A DNA stretch of 64,000 bases from Patescibacteria group bacterium (GCA_041662665.1 JBAZSC010000001.1:321511-385510); one strand, 5' to 3'; shown: positions 30,039 through 39,730, numbered from the stretch's first letter. The notes: generated by a model not told the origin, from the letters alone. Numbers and translations are program-made.

Positions 30039-31099
30039 TTTATCCCCATTTTGAGACGCTGATCTTCTTCTTTCAATTTATCAATTATTGGATCTAGGTC
30101 ACCGCCCAAAACATAGGGTATACCGTTAGTCGTAAATTTGATTCTATGATCAGTAACTCTATCTTGTGGAAAATTATAAGTTCTAATTTTTTCTGATCGA
30201 TCACCAGTTCCGATTTGCATTTTTCTTTCAGCTCCAGCTTTTTTTGTTCTCTCTTCTTCCTGTTGTGCTAGTACTCTTGATCTCAAAACTTTCATCGCTT
30301 TTGCTTTATTTTTTTGTTGAGATCTTTCATCTTGGCAGGAAGCAACAATGCCAGTAGGTAAGTGTGTAATTCTAATTGCTGAATAAGTTGTATTAACACT
30401 TTGTCCGCCAGCGCCTTGAGAACAAAAAGTATCAATTCTTAAATCTTTCGGTTCTATTTTAAATTCAACTTCTTCTACTTCTGGCAAAACAACAATTGTT
30501 ACAGTTGATGTTTGAATTCTACCTTGTTTTTCTGTTACTGGCACTCTTTGAACGCGATGAACGCCACTTTCATATTTTAAATCTCGATAAACATTATCGC
30601 CTTTGACCGCAAAAATAATTTCTTTAAAACCTCCAATACCTGTTCGATTAGAATTCATTATCTCAATTTTCCAACCTTTTTTTTCAGCAAATCTGGAATA
30701 CATTCTAAATAATTCTGCTGCAAATAAGGCAGCTTCCTCTCCACCAGCTCCAGCTCGAATTTCCATAATCGCATTTTTTGAATCATTTGGATCTTTTGGC
30801 AATAGCTCAACTTCTAAATCTTTCTTCAATTTTTCAAATTCTATTTTTAAATTAGTTAAATCTTCATTTGCCATTTCAATCAATTCTTTATCATTTTCAG
30901 ACTTAATTAATTCTTCATTATCTTTAATTTGTTTCGTTATTTCCTCATATTTATTTATCAAATCAACAGTATCTCTTAATTCAGCAGCTCTTTTAGATAA
31001 TTTTGTCAATTTTAAACTGTCTGAAACTATTTCAGGAGAGCTTAATTCTTGATTTATTTTATTATATTCTTCTTTAATCTTTTTTAATTTTTCTTCCAT
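30035..31099 (-). CDS. prfA: peptide chain release factor 1
   Basis: GGQ motif (SQGAGGQSVNTTYSAIRITHLPTG) and the RF1 domain layout. Confidence 0.9.
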   Translation of the reverse strand: MEEKLKKIKEEYNKINQELSSPEIVSDSLKLTKLSKRAAELRDTVDLINKYEEITKQIKDNEELIKSENDKELIEMANEDLTNLKIEFEKLKKDLEVELLPKDPNDSKNAIMEIRAGAGGEEAALFAAELFRMYSRFAEKKGWKIEIMNSNRTGIGGFKEIIFAVKGDNVYRDLKYESGVHRVQRVPVTEKQGRIQTSTVTIVVLPEVEEVEFKIEPKDLRIDTFCSQGAGGQSVNTTYSAIRITHLPTGIVASCQDERSQQKNKAKAMKVLRSRVLAQQEEERTKKAGAERKMQIGTGDRSEKIRTYNFPQDRVTDHRIKFTTNGIPYVLGGDLDPIIDKLKEEDQRLKMGIN

Positions 31100-31223
31100 A
31101 TAATTTAATTATTTTATTTATCTGTGTCTCTGTGTGCATCTGTAAAGTATCTGTGTAAGATTTGTGACACATTAATTATAACAAAAAACAGAGTATTAAT
31201 AAAAACACTCTGCTTTAAAATCG

Positions 31224-31490
31224 CTATTTATTTGCTGCTTTTTCTTTTCTAATTCTTGGCTTTTTTTCTTTCTTGTCTTGTGTAAATTTCAAGAATTTTT
31301 CTTGTCTTGCCTTGAATTTGTCAAGCATTCCAGCTGTATCAACAAATTTGGCTTTGCCAGTAAATGTTGGATGGCAAGCTGAGCAAATTTCAACATGCAT
31401 CTCCGGAATTGTAGATGCTGTTTTGATTGTATTCCCGCAAGCACATTTGATTGTTGCAGGACCAAATTTAGGATGGATTTTTTCTTTCAT
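31224..31490 (-). CDS. rpmE: 50S ribosomal protein L31
   Basis: MKEKIHPKF...CxCG...CSACHP zinc ribbon typical of L31. Confidence 0.85.
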   Translation of the reverse strand: MKEKIHPKFGPATIKCACGNTIKTASTIPEMHVEICSACHPTFTGKAKFVDTAGMLDKFKARQEKFLKFTQDKKEKKPRIRKEKAANK

Positions 31491-31600
31491 GAGCTTAAAA
31501 ATATAAAAACCTAAAAATATAAAAATTTAGATTTATAAAACAATTATACACAAAACACAGAAAAATGCAAGAGTAAATAAAAAAACCGCTTCAAAGCGAT

Positions 31601-31819
31601 TTAAAATCCGAAAGATCTTGATTTCTTTTTATCAAGGTACAATCGTACTTGTTCAGGGGTAACAAGAGAAACTTTCACAGCCATATCTGCGACACATGCA
31701 CCACAAAATATTTTATTGCCCAAGTTTTTTAATTGTACGCCACATTCAAAATGAAAACCGTTTCCACAAATTGAACATGTCATTGCCGAGTTACTGCCAC
31801 AAACTTTGCACAATGCCAT
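31601..31819 (-). CDS. small zinc-ribbon protein (paralogous to the N-terminal extension of Prs)
   Basis: MALCKVCGSNSAMTCSICGNGFHFECGVQL...FCGACVADM. Start placed at the ATG preceded by AAGGAGGAAAGGG. Confidence 0.5.
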   Translation of the reverse strand: MALCKVCGSNSAMTCSICGNGFHFECGVQLKNLGNKIFCGACVADMAVKVSLVTPEQVRLYLDKKKSRSFGF

Positions 31820-31917
31820 CCCTTTCCTCCTTTTCCTCTGCCAAAAGAACATTTATATTATACAAAAAATGCAAAGAATCGCAAGAGTAAATAAAAAAAC
31901 TGCCAAAAAGCAGTTAT

Positions 31918-33039
31918 CTAGTCAAAAAGTGCAGAAACAGAACCATACTCATAAATAGCCTTAATCGCATCAGCAATTAATTTATCAACAGACACAACTC
32001 TTATTTTTTCATGTAACTTTCTTTCTGGAATATGAACAGTATCAGTAACAGCTAGAAAATCTAGACAAGATAGTTGAATTCGTTCTGCTGCTCCTTCTGT
32101 CAATTCACCATGGATCCCACCTCCAACAACTTTTATTGCTCCATTTTTTAAGCAAGCTTGACCCATTTTAATCATTGTTCCAGCTGATTTCACAATATCA
32201 TCAATAATCAAAACAACTTTACCAGATACATTTCCAATAATCGTTATCTGATCAACTCTATCATCTGTAGTATCTCGACCTTCCTTGTGAGCAACGGCAA
32301 AGCCAACTCCGAATTTCCTAGCATAAGCGCCAACTACTTTGGCATAGCCTGCATCAGTCAAAAAAACAGTTCGATTAGAATCGATCAAATCAGCAAAAGC
32401 TTCTTTCAAAAGCAATGGTGTTGCCCAAAGATGATCAACCGGCTTGTTCGTAAAGCCTTGAATCGCACCAGCATGCAGATCCACAAAAACAAATCTATCG
32501 GCACCAGCTGTTTCAAACAAATCAATCATTAATCTTGCTGAAATAGCAATTCTTGGTTGAGTTTTTCTCTCTTGCCGTTGATAAGCAAAATCAGGAATCA
32601 CTACGCAAACTTCTTGAGCTGAAGCTTGTTTTGCGGCCCTTATCATTATTAGCAATTCTTCTCTAACCTTTGCACCAAGTTCATCTTCGCTAGCAACGGT
32701 TGGCTGAATAATAAAGACTCTTCTTCCTCTTAAGTTCTCAAGAAACTGAGGTCTCATTTCACTGCCTTCAAAATCAGTAAATCTCATTTTTCCAAGTTCA
32801 ACGCCCAGCTTATTACAAACTCTTTGTGCCAAAAGCTCATTAGATCTGCCAGAAAAGATTGCTAATTGATGAGGAGTAACAGATCTATAGAGAGTTTTGC
32901 CACAATCGCGACAAATAAATTTTTTTCCAATTTTTGTCAGGCATTGCGAACAAAAACATTGATCGCAGAACATACAAATTCCTTCTGCCGAATTTTCTTG
33001 ATGCAAGATGCAATGAACTCCAAAACTTTTTTCTGTCAT
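31918..33039 (-). CDS. prs: ribose-phosphate pyrophosphokinase with N-terminal Cys-rich zinc-ribbon extension
   Basis: PRPP synthetase blocks (VVLIIDDIVKSAGT, DLHAGAIQGF). An extra ~60 N-terminal residues carry CxxC...CxxC...CxxC. Start placed at MTEKSF after a GGAGGAG RBS. Confidence 0.8.
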   Translation of the reverse strand: MTEKSFGVHCILHQENSAEGICMFCDQCFCSQCLTKIGKKFICRDCGKTLYRSVTPHQLAIFSGRSNELLAQRVCNKLGVELGKMRFTDFEGSEMRPQFLENLRGRRVFIIQPTVASEDELGAKVREELLIMIRAAKQASAQEVCVVIPDFAYQRQERKTQPRIAISARLMIDLFETAGADRFVFVDLHAGAIQGFTNKPVDHLWATPLLLKEAFADLIDSNRTVFLTDAGYAKVVGAYARKFGVGFAVAHKEGRDTTDDRVDQITIIGNVSGKVVLIIDDIVKSAGTMIKMGQACLKNGAIKVVGGGIHGELTEGAAERIQLSCLDFLAVTDTVHIPERKLHEKIRVVSVDKLIADAIKAIYEYGSVSALFD

Positions 33040-33196
33040 TCTCTCCTCCTTGGCAAGGATTTCTCCTTGCATTAAACGGAATGAACTTCATTTCATAATC
33101 TACCTATTTTGTAACAATCAAAAAAGAAACAACCTAGAATTTATTGTCCGCCGTAGTCCCGCAGGACGAAGGCGGATTGAATTTTAAGGAACAAAA

Positions 33197-34843
33197 TTAT
33201 TTTATTTTTTTAATCATGTAGCTATCCTGAAATTTATATCCTTGTTTTCGATAATAATCTCTAACACCGACACCAGAAATAACTGCAATTTTGTTTAATC
33301 TAAATTCTTTTTTAACAATTTTTTCTGCTTCTTTCATCAAACTTTTACCTAAGCCCATGTGTTGTGAAGCCTTCAAATTTTTCTTATCAATTTCAACCAT
33401 TTGTCCTAAACTTTTCAATTCTCTAATTATAGCACAATTATTTAATACATTAATATAATGTTTTTCATGAGTAAAATATTGTGATGGAATTCTTAATCTA
33501 AGATAAGCTAATATTTTATTATTTTTTTCATCCTCATAGCTTAGAAAAATTTCTTTTCCATTTGAGGCATTATAATCCATCCTGGTTAATTTTATATCTC
33601 CCATTTCCCATTTCCCATTTCTCACTTCACGACATCGAATGCATTTGCACAACAAATTTTGTTCAATCATTTTTGCATGAACAACTTGTCTAATATTTGA
33701 CATTTTATTTCCAGCCACAATATCTGGAGCCGGAATATCTCGACCAAGTCTCATTATTCTAACATATTTTGGAATTTTTTGTTTAATTTTAATTAGCAAT
33801 TCAACAATTTCTTTATCGCTGTATGGTTTATATTTTCCTGCTTTCCAAACTTTATATAATTTAGAATTCTTCGTCAAAACACAAGGATAAATTTTTAACA
33901 TATCAGGCTGAAAAGAAGAATCAGAAAATAATTCTTCAAACATTTGCAAATCTTTATTATTATTACTTTTTGGTAAATTCGGCATCATGTGATAATTGAT
34001 TTTAAAACCTGCATCTTTCAGCAATTGTGTTGCCTGTATAGTTTTATCAATCAAATGTCCGCGATTATTGAACTTTAAAACATTATCATAAATACTTTGC
34101 ACGCCTAGTTCAATTCTGGTAGCTCCAAGTTTTCGCATTCTGATTACTTCTTTCTCATCAATCAAATCAGGTCTTGTTTCAAGAGTCATTCCAATAATTC
34201 TATGTTTCGCTTTTTCATTTCGCTTTTGTTCGTCAGTTAAAGTCGTTTGTTTATTTGTTTTATTGTTTTTTTGTTTATTAAAATGATTAGCCGTTTTAAA
34301 ACATTTTAACACAAAATTATTTTGATAATTTTTTGGTAGGGCAGTCCACGATCCTCCCATAATAATCAGCTCAATTTTATCAGTTTTATGTCCGCAAATA
34401 TTTAATGCTTCTAATCTTGTTTCAATCTGTTTTTTTGGCGAGTAATTACAAAGAATTGCTCTCATTACAGCTGGCTCATCATTCAAGTAGCTTTTTGGCA
34501 TTTTTGGTTGACTCGGACAATACAAACATTTTCCAGGACATTTGTATGGCTTTGTAAAAATTGCAATTGAAGCAATGCCAGATAATGTTCTGGTCTTTTG
34601 TTTTTTTAATAATTCCTCAAAATTTTTGTCTTGCTTAATCTTTTTCTCTTTGATTAAATTTCTATAAACTGATAAAATATTAATATTAGTTAGTAAATTG
34701 CATTTATATTTTTTCGAAATCTTTCTTTTTTCCAATTCAAATTTGGATCTTAAAAAAGATTTTTGCTTCAAAGTTTTAATTATAAGTTCTTCAACTGGTT
34801 TCATAAGACTAATTATATTATAATAATAAACCATTTTTGTCAA
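33197..34843 (-). CDS. Elp3-like radical SAM / GNAT acetyltransferase
   Basis: Radical SAM CxxxxCxxC (CPGKCLYCPS) and a C-terminal GNAT motif (QHMGLGKSLM). The true start may be an internal Met. Confidence 0.75.
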   Translation of the reverse strand: MTKMVYYYNIISLMKPVEELIIKTLKQKSFLRSKFELEKRKISKKYKCNLLTNINILSVYRNLIKEKKIKQDKNFEELLKKQKTRTLSGIASIAIFTKPYKCPGKCLYCPSQPKMPKSYLNDEPAVMRAILCNYSPKKQIETRLEALNICGHKTDKIELIIMGGSWTALPKNYQNNFVLKCFKTANHFNKQKNNKTNKQTTLTDEQKRNEKAKHRIIGMTLETRPDLIDEKEVIRMRKLGATRIELGVQSIYDNVLKFNNRGHLIDKTIQATQLLKDAGFKINYHMMPNLPKSNNNKDLQMFEELFSDSSFQPDMLKIYPCVLTKNSKLYKVWKAGKYKPYSDKEIVELLIKIKQKIPKYVRIMRLGRDIPAPDIVAGNKMSNIRQVVHAKMIEQNLLCKCIRCREVRNGKWEMGDIKLTRMDYNASNGKEIFLSYEDEKNNKILAYLRLRIPSQYFTHEKHYINVLNNCAIIRELKSLGQMVEIDKKNLKASQHMGLGKSLMKEAEKIVKKEFRLNKIAVISGVGVRDYYRKQGYKFQDSYMIKKIK

Positions 34844-34856
34844 AGGTAATTAATTT

Positions 34857-34940
34857 AACTTATCTAATTAGTCTAACTAATCTAACTTATCTAATTAGTC
34901 TAACTAATCTAACTTATCTAATTAGTCTAACTAATCTAAC
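34857..34940. repeat. tandem repeat, 27-bp unit x3 (AACTTATCTAATTAGTCTAACTAATCT)
   Basis: Three perfect head-to-tail copies read directly in the sequence. Confidence 0.85.
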
Positions 34941-34954
34941 TCGTATTTTAAACT

Positions 34955-35671
34955 ATGGACAAAGAATACGCTCAAAAATTAATAGATAAAACCAAGCAGG
35001 ACTACAAATCCTTGGCTAAAGAGTTTTCCGCAACTCGTGCTTTTTCATGGCAAGAATTAGAAGATCTCGTAAAATTTATAAAGCCAAATCAAAATGTTCT
35101 TGATGCGGGCTGTGGCAATGGACGTCTTTATCAATTACTGAAAAATAAAAATATTAAATATTTAGGTATTGATAATAGCGAGGCATTAATTAATGAAGCT
35201 AAAACAAAATATCAATTTGGAAATTTCAGACAAATGGATTTGTTAGATCAACATTTTGAAGCAGAAACTTTTGACATAATTTTTTGCATTGCTGCTTTGC
35301 AACATATTCCATCTAAAGAATTCCGCTTGCAAGTTTTGCGAGATTTTTATCACATCTTAAAACCAAATAGTTATTTATTAATGACTAATTGGAATCTTTG
35401 GCAAGCAAAATATTTTTGGCAAACTATTAAATATTCATTTTTAAGTATTGCTGGCAAGCACAAAGAATTAGATTTGAAAGATGTTTATATGCCATGGAAA
35501 GCAAGATTTGGCGTTGTTGATCGTTATTATCATGCTTTCACCAAAAAAGAATTGGCAAGTTTATTGCAAGAAGTTGGTTTTAAAGTAGAAGATCAGTATT
35601 ATGTTAAAAAAGGTGAAAAATCAAATTGGCGAAATGGATATAATCTAATTACGATTGCTAAAAAAATATAG
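34955..35671 (+). CDS. class I SAM-dependent methyltransferase
   Basis: VLDAGCGNGRL motif I. Confidence 0.75.
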   Translation: MDKEYAQKLIDKTKQDYKSLAKEFSATRAFSWQELEDLVKFIKPNQNVLDAGCGNGRLYQLLKNKNIKYLGIDNSEALINEAKTKYQFGNFRQMDLLDQHFEAETFDIIFCIAALQHIPSKEFRLQVLRDFYHILKPNSYLLMTNWNLWQAKYFWQTIKYSFLSIAGKHKELDLKDVYMPWKARFGVVDRYYHAFTKKELASLLQEVGFKVEDQYYVKKGEKSNWRNGYNLITIAKKI

Positions 35672-35673
35672 TA

Positions 35674-35702
35674 TTGACATTATTAGTATTTTTGTATAAA
35701 AT
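35674..35702 (+). promoter_or_regulatory. sigma70-like promoter TTGACA-17-TAAAAT
   Basis: Exact -35 hexamer with 17-bp spacing, followed by an AAGGAGGAGGAAGAG RBS. Confidence 0.55.
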
Positions 35703-35736
35703 AATTAGTCTTAATTCAGTCAAGGAGGAGGAAGAG

Positions 35737-36198
35737 ATGAGAAGAGCAGTTCTGATTGTTCTCTCTGCAATTATATTCAGTTCCAATGCCTTTGCACAAA
35801 AACAACTCACTGTTCCAAAAGAAATTGTTGTAGAAATGGAAAAAACTGGTTGTCAAGTTATCCCATCTTACGTTAGTACTCAGAGCAATTACATCAACTT
35901 TGACATTGATAACCAAAATATCCCAAAATGTGTTGTCATTCCGATCGCAGCCAATTTCTCAACGCTTACTTTCCTTGTCCAAGCGCCATACAATTATGAT
36001 GTTACGGCTGAATTTTCTGATGGCAATCTGCAATTTTACAGGCATCAGAAAGAACGAAGTAAGCTTCAAATCAATCTCTGGAATTGCTTCAATCTTGGTC
36101 GTAATAGTTGGCTATTCGTCAAAGTTTCTATCTATAATCAAGATCCCAAAGCTCAACCAAACCAGAAAATTTATTTCGGAGCTCGTGCCAGGCAATAG
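35737..36198 (+). CDS. small secreted hypothetical protein
   Basis: MRRAVLIVLSAIIFSSNAFAQ signal peptide. Start placed at the ATG after the strong RBS, not at the upstream track start 35674. Confidence 0.6.
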   Translation: MRRAVLIVLSAIIFSSNAFAQKQLTVPKEIVVEMEKTGCQVIPSYVSTQSNYINFDIDNQNIPKCVVIPIAANFSTLTFLVQAPYNYDVTAEFSDGNLQFYRHQKERSKLQINLWNCFNLGRNSWLFVKVSIYNQDPKAQPNQKIYFGARARQ

Positions 36199-36206
36199 CT
36201 CATTTC

Positions 36207-36230
36207 AGATCGGTTTACCGATCTTTTTTA
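36207..36230 (+). terminator. rho-independent terminator
   Basis: AGATCGG-ttta-CCGATCT hairpin plus TTTTTT immediately after the stop. Confidence 0.7.
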
Positions 36231-36328
36231 TTTCTCTTGCCAAAATTTTTTTCTCATGTTATATTGCTAACAGTAAACCATTAACACTTCACAGTTAACT
36301 GTTAAATGTTAAAAGTTAATTGTTAATA

Positions 36329-36456
36329 CACCACACGTTTTCCGACCACCAGCCTTCCTCTCATTAACAAATCTTGTTAAATTGAGTGGCATGGTGGAAT
36401 GACGAAAACGGCGGACTAAGGACAAATCTTCTTAGTTCGCCATGGGCGAATTTTTT
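36329..36456 (+). ncRNA. GC-enriched structured intergenic element upstream of rpsB (candidate leader/sRNA)
   Basis: About 50% GC over ~125 nt in a 30% GC background. Contains inverted repeats GGCGGACTAAG/CTTAGTTCGCC and a T-run. Confidence 0.3.
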
Positions 36457-36548
36457 AATTTTGTTATTAATTTTAGTTATTTATAATTTAGTTATTTTGT
36501 TATTTTTGTTATAATACAAAGTACTAGATTATATAATCAAATCTAATT

Positions 36549-37289
36549 ATGAAGACCCCAACGATTCAAGAGCTACTAAAGGCAGGTGCACATTTTGGCC
36601 ACAAAGCAGCAAAATGGAATCCAAAAATGAAACAATATGTCTTTGCAAAAAAAGAAGGCATTTATATTATCAACCTTTCCAAAACAAAAGAAATGCTTGA
36701 AAAAGCATTAGAATATGTTGCCGAAATTGCCAAAAAAGGCGGAAAAATTGTTTTTATCTGCACAAAAAGACAAGGCAAAGATATTGTTAAAAAAGCTGCA
36801 ATTTCTTGCAATATGCCTTATGTTACAACAAGATGGCTTGGCGGAACTTTGACAAATTTCAAAACAATTCACAACTTAATTCAAAAATTAAGAACATTGG
36901 AAAGAAAAAAAGAAACTGGTGAAATGGAAAAGAATTATACAAAATATGAAAAGCAATTAATGCTTGAAGATATTGAAAAATTAAATAACAAAATCGGTGG
37001 TTTGAAGAATTTAGACAAATTGCCAGAAGCTTTATTTTTAATCGATGTTATGGATAACAAATCAGCAGTTAAAGAAGCAAGAGTTGTCAATCTTCCAACA
37101 GTTGCATTAGTTGATGCAAATGCCAATCCAGAAATCATCAATTATCCAGTTCCTTGCAATGATGATGCTATCAAAGTTATTGATTTAATGGCAAATACAT
37201 TTGCAGAATGCATTAAAGAAAATTATAAAGAACAAAAGCCAACAGTAGGCAATGTAACAAAAGTTACAGGCCCACAAAATTTGAGATAA
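36549..37289 (+). CDS. rpsB: 30S ribosomal protein S2
   Basis: MKTPTIQELLKAGAHFGHKAAKWNPKM... canonical S2. Confidence 0.95.
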   Translation: MKTPTIQELLKAGAHFGHKAAKWNPKMKQYVFAKKEGIYIINLSKTKEMLEKALEYVAEIAKKGGKIVFICTKRQGKDIVKKAAISCNMPYVTTRWLGGTLTNFKTIHNLIQKLRTLERKKETGEMEKNYTKYEKQLMLEDIEKLNNKIGGLKNLDKLPEALFLIDVMDNKSAVKEARVVNLPTVALVDANANPEIINYPVPCNDDAIKVIDLMANTFAECIKENYKEQKPTVGNVTKVTGPQNLR

Positions 37290-37302
37290 ATAATAAAATA
37301 AA

Positions 37303-38715
37303 ATGGAAAATCAAAATCAAACATCCTATGATGCTTGGTTGAAAGAGTGTGATTTTCTAGCAAAAGTCAGAAAAGAAAACCCAAAAAAGATAGAACGACA
37401 AAACCCAATTATCGAGGATCAAAAATTACTTCAAGATTACGGAATTGAAATAATTTCTGATCTACCTTTGGGTTTTTTGCGTTTTTCGCCAGCTGATTTC
37501 ATTGTTGAAGAAATTACTCAAGATGGCAGAATTACAACTATTGATCCAGAAAATGATCCAAGCTTAGCAGATCAAGAAGGCGAGACAGTTTATGCTGATG
37601 TAGTTAAAATTGGCATTCCAACATTAGAAGCAATTGATCGTATTGCCAAAAAATTGAATGTAGGCTTAGGACAAATTGGCTATTCTGGCATGAAAGATGC
37701 CATTGCTATTACTTCTCAAAAATTTAGTTTTAGAAAAATATCCAGAGATAAAATAAAAGAATTAAAACTTCCAAATATTTATTTAAAAAATATAATTGTT
37801 AGCAAAGGCGCTTTGCAACCAGGAAATTTGATTGGTAATAGATTTAATATTTTTATCCGAACAAAAGGTTTGTACGATCCAAATTTGTTATTAGAAAAAT
37901 TAAACCATATTAAAGAAGTTGGCTTTTATAATTTTTTTGGCAGTCAACGATTTGGCGGAGCTAGGGGAATTGGCCACAAGCTTGGTATAATTTTACTTCG
38001 TGGTGATTATGAGTTAGCAGTTAAAGCATTTTTAATTGCTCAAGGCAAGAATGAAATTCCATTAATCCAAGAATTAAGAAACAAAGCCAAAGCAATTTAT
38101 GGCAATTGGAATGATATGATCAAAATTTATGAACAAATGCCATATACTTTTTCTGGCGAAATAAGAGTTTTAAAAGCTTTGACGCATGAACCAAGTGATT
38201 ATATTAATGCCTTATTAGCAATCAAAGAACAAGTCAAACTTTGGGCTTATGCTTACGGTAGCTATTTATTTAATAAAAAAATCTCACAATTAGTTCGCAA
38301 CAAAATTAATCTGCCAGCTAAATTGCCATTATTTTTGAGCAATGAAAGATCAGACAAAGATTTGTATGAAGACTTTTTAGAAAGCGATAAAACAAAAAAT
38401 TTCCGAGAATCAGCTCGTCCATTTCCATTTATCCAGTTGCGTCATTATGAAGTTCCAACATTATTATCTCCAAAAATTAATTCTTTTACTTGTACAGAAG
38501 ATGGAGTTGCCATTAATTTTGAATTACACAAAGGTGCCTATGCCACAACATTTTTATCTCATATCTTTACTTTGACAATGGGCTTGCCATTGCCAAGTTG
38601 GGTCTCACAAAAAGAAATTGATACCTTAAAAATATTAGAGCTAGGCACAATAGAAAATATCAAAAAAGTTTTTGAAGAATACTGGTCAAATGTTTTAACA
38701 AATTCTGGTAAATAA
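37303..38715 (+). CDS. truD: TruD/Pus7-family tRNA pseudouridine synthase
   Basis: GxKD motif (QIGYSGMKDAIAITSQKF) and the FxNYFGxQRFG block. Confidence 0.65.
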   Translation: MENQNQTSYDAWLKECDFLAKVRKENPKKIERQNPIIEDQKLLQDYGIEIISDLPLGFLRFSPADFIVEEITQDGRITTIDPENDPSLADQEGETVYADVVKIGIPTLEAIDRIAKKLNVGLGQIGYSGMKDAIAITSQKFSFRKISRDKIKELKLPNIYLKNIIVSKGALQPGNLIGNRFNIFIRTKGLYDPNLLLEKLNHIKEVGFYNFFGSQRFGGARGIGHKLGIILLRGDYELAVKAFLIAQGKNEIPLIQELRNKAKAIYGNWNDMIKIYEQMPYTFSGEIRVLKALTHEPSDYINALLAIKEQVKLWAYAYGSYLFNKKISQLVRNKINLPAKLPLFLSNERSDKDLYEDFLESDKTKNFRESARPFPFIQLRHYEVPTLLSPKINSFTCTEDGVAINFELHKGAYATTFLSHIFTLTMGLPLPSWVSQKEIDTLKILELGTIENIKKVFEEYWSNVLTNSGK

Positions 38716-38828
38716 TTCTGCGTTTTCTGCGTTCGATTCTGCGTATTTCTGCGGAATCGTTTTTAACGCAGACTAACGCAGAATCTAACGCAGAACGTGC
38801 AGAAAATAATCTACACGTTTTTTTTGTG

Positions 38829-38859
38829 CAAAAAAAAGACCGACTCGGACGAGTCAGTC
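38829..38859 (-). terminator. rho-independent terminator for the GC-rich gene
   Basis: GACTGACTC-gtcc-GAGTCGGTC hairpin on the minus strand followed by T8. Confidence 0.6.
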
Positions 38860-38905
38860 TAGGTAGGGTGCGAAAGGAACGGGTGTTGTGAGTGTGTGGG
38901 TAGGT

Positions 38906-39493
38906 CTATCGGGTGGGGGGGCTCAGCGTGTAGGTGTAGCGACCGGGGGCGAAGCTGATGTGCAGCTCTTCCTGGGTCACCATGCCGTCGCGGGGGACTG
39001 GCACGTTCACGGTGTCGAGCCTGTACAGCTCTTCACCCTTCTCGTTGACGTTGGCCCAGACGTTGCAGTAGGGTGTGGTCTGGTTGAAGAGGTTGACGAC
39101 ACGATCGGGCAGCTTGAGATCTTTTCCTGTCTGAGTGAGCACCAGCTGCAGGAACCTCTTCCTGCCACGCTTATCCTCACGCCAGAACCAGAAGGCATCC
39201 GTCACCTTGTAGCCAGCCATGCCGAGCTCGCTCAGGAGTGCGCTCATGTCGACCATCTGCCGATTGGCAGCGATGTTCGTGCCGGTGTCATCCATGCCGT
39301 CTCTCTTGACACCGAACTCGATTCCGAGATCCTTTGCCTCCTTGCGGTGCTTCGCAGCCACCGCCTTTGCATCGTACTCCTTCTGAGGGAGCAGAGCCTC
39401 GATCCAGCCGCCGATTCCGGCGACCTTCACGAGGATGATGAGGGGCATGAGCCCCAGACCTTCGAACTGATCAACCAGGACCGTGCGGCTCAT
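38906..39493 (-). CDS. hypothetical protein encoded by a GC-rich (~60%) gene with GC3-saturated codons
   Basis: Start at MSRTVL, preceded by AGGAGG, a 5-prime UTR and an exact TTGACA-17-TATGAT promoter. The antisense + ORF 38888-39583 is a GC artefact. No recognisable domain. Confidence 0.55.
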   Translation of the reverse strand: MSRTVLVDQFEGLGLMPLIILVKVAGIGGWIEALLPQKEYDAKAVAAKHRKEAKDLGIEFGVKRDGMDDTGTNIAANRQMVDMSALLSELGMAGYKVTDAFWFWREDKRGRKRFLQLVLTQTGKDLKLPDRVVNLFNQTTPYCNVWANVNEKGEELYRLDTVNVPVPRDGMVTQEELHISFAPGRYTYTLSPPTR

Positions 39494-39542
39494 CGGAAAC
39501 CTCCTGTCAGTGGTGGCACTCACCCCGATTCCAGGGCTTTTC

Positions 39543-39571
39543 ATCATATCACAGCACCCTATTTTTGTCAA
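39543..39571 (-). promoter_or_regulatory. consensus sigma70-like promoter TTGACA-17-TATGAT (minus strand)
   Basis: Seen as TGTCAA ... ATCATA on the + strand with 17-bp spacing. Confidence 0.6.
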
Positions 39572-39645
39572 TGGCATTTTTGAAGTGGGAAGTGGGATCT
39601 TGGGATATGAGAAATGGGAACCTTAAATAAGCCAAAAAAAGATAT

Positions 39646-39682
39646 TTGTGCGATTAGTGGCCTTAAGGCATTCGTGCGATTT
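39646..39682. promoter_or_regulatory. copy 3 of motif GTGCGATT-agt-GGCCTTAAGGCATT-c-GTGCGATT
   Basis: Direct 8-mer arms flank the palindromic CCTTAAGG core; located upstream of the promoter of the GC-rich gene. Confidence 0.6.
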
Positions 39683-39689
39683 GTAAGCA

Positions 39690-39712
39690 TAAAAAAAGAG
39701 GTAAAAACCTCT
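39690..39712 (-). terminator. rho-independent terminator for the MYG1 gene
   Basis: AGAGG-tttttac-CCTCT hairpin plus T7 on the minus strand. Confidence 0.6.
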
Positions 39713-39730
39713 ATCTAAAAGAACGCTTAA

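Noticed and set aside
36329-36456. SRP RNA, tmRNA or 6S assignment for the GC-rich rpsB-upstream element
   Set aside because: It lacks the SRP domain-IV AGCAG/GGAA motifs and the tmRNA GGGG 5-prime end and tRNA-like domain. It is kept only as an unclassified candidate.
38888-39583. 231-aa + strand ORF and a 63-aa minus ORF inside the GC-rich gene
   Set aside because: Their translations are L/V/G/H/D-rich nonsense typical of the antisense or off-frame of a GC3-rich gene. The minus-strand frame has the promoter, RBS and terminator.
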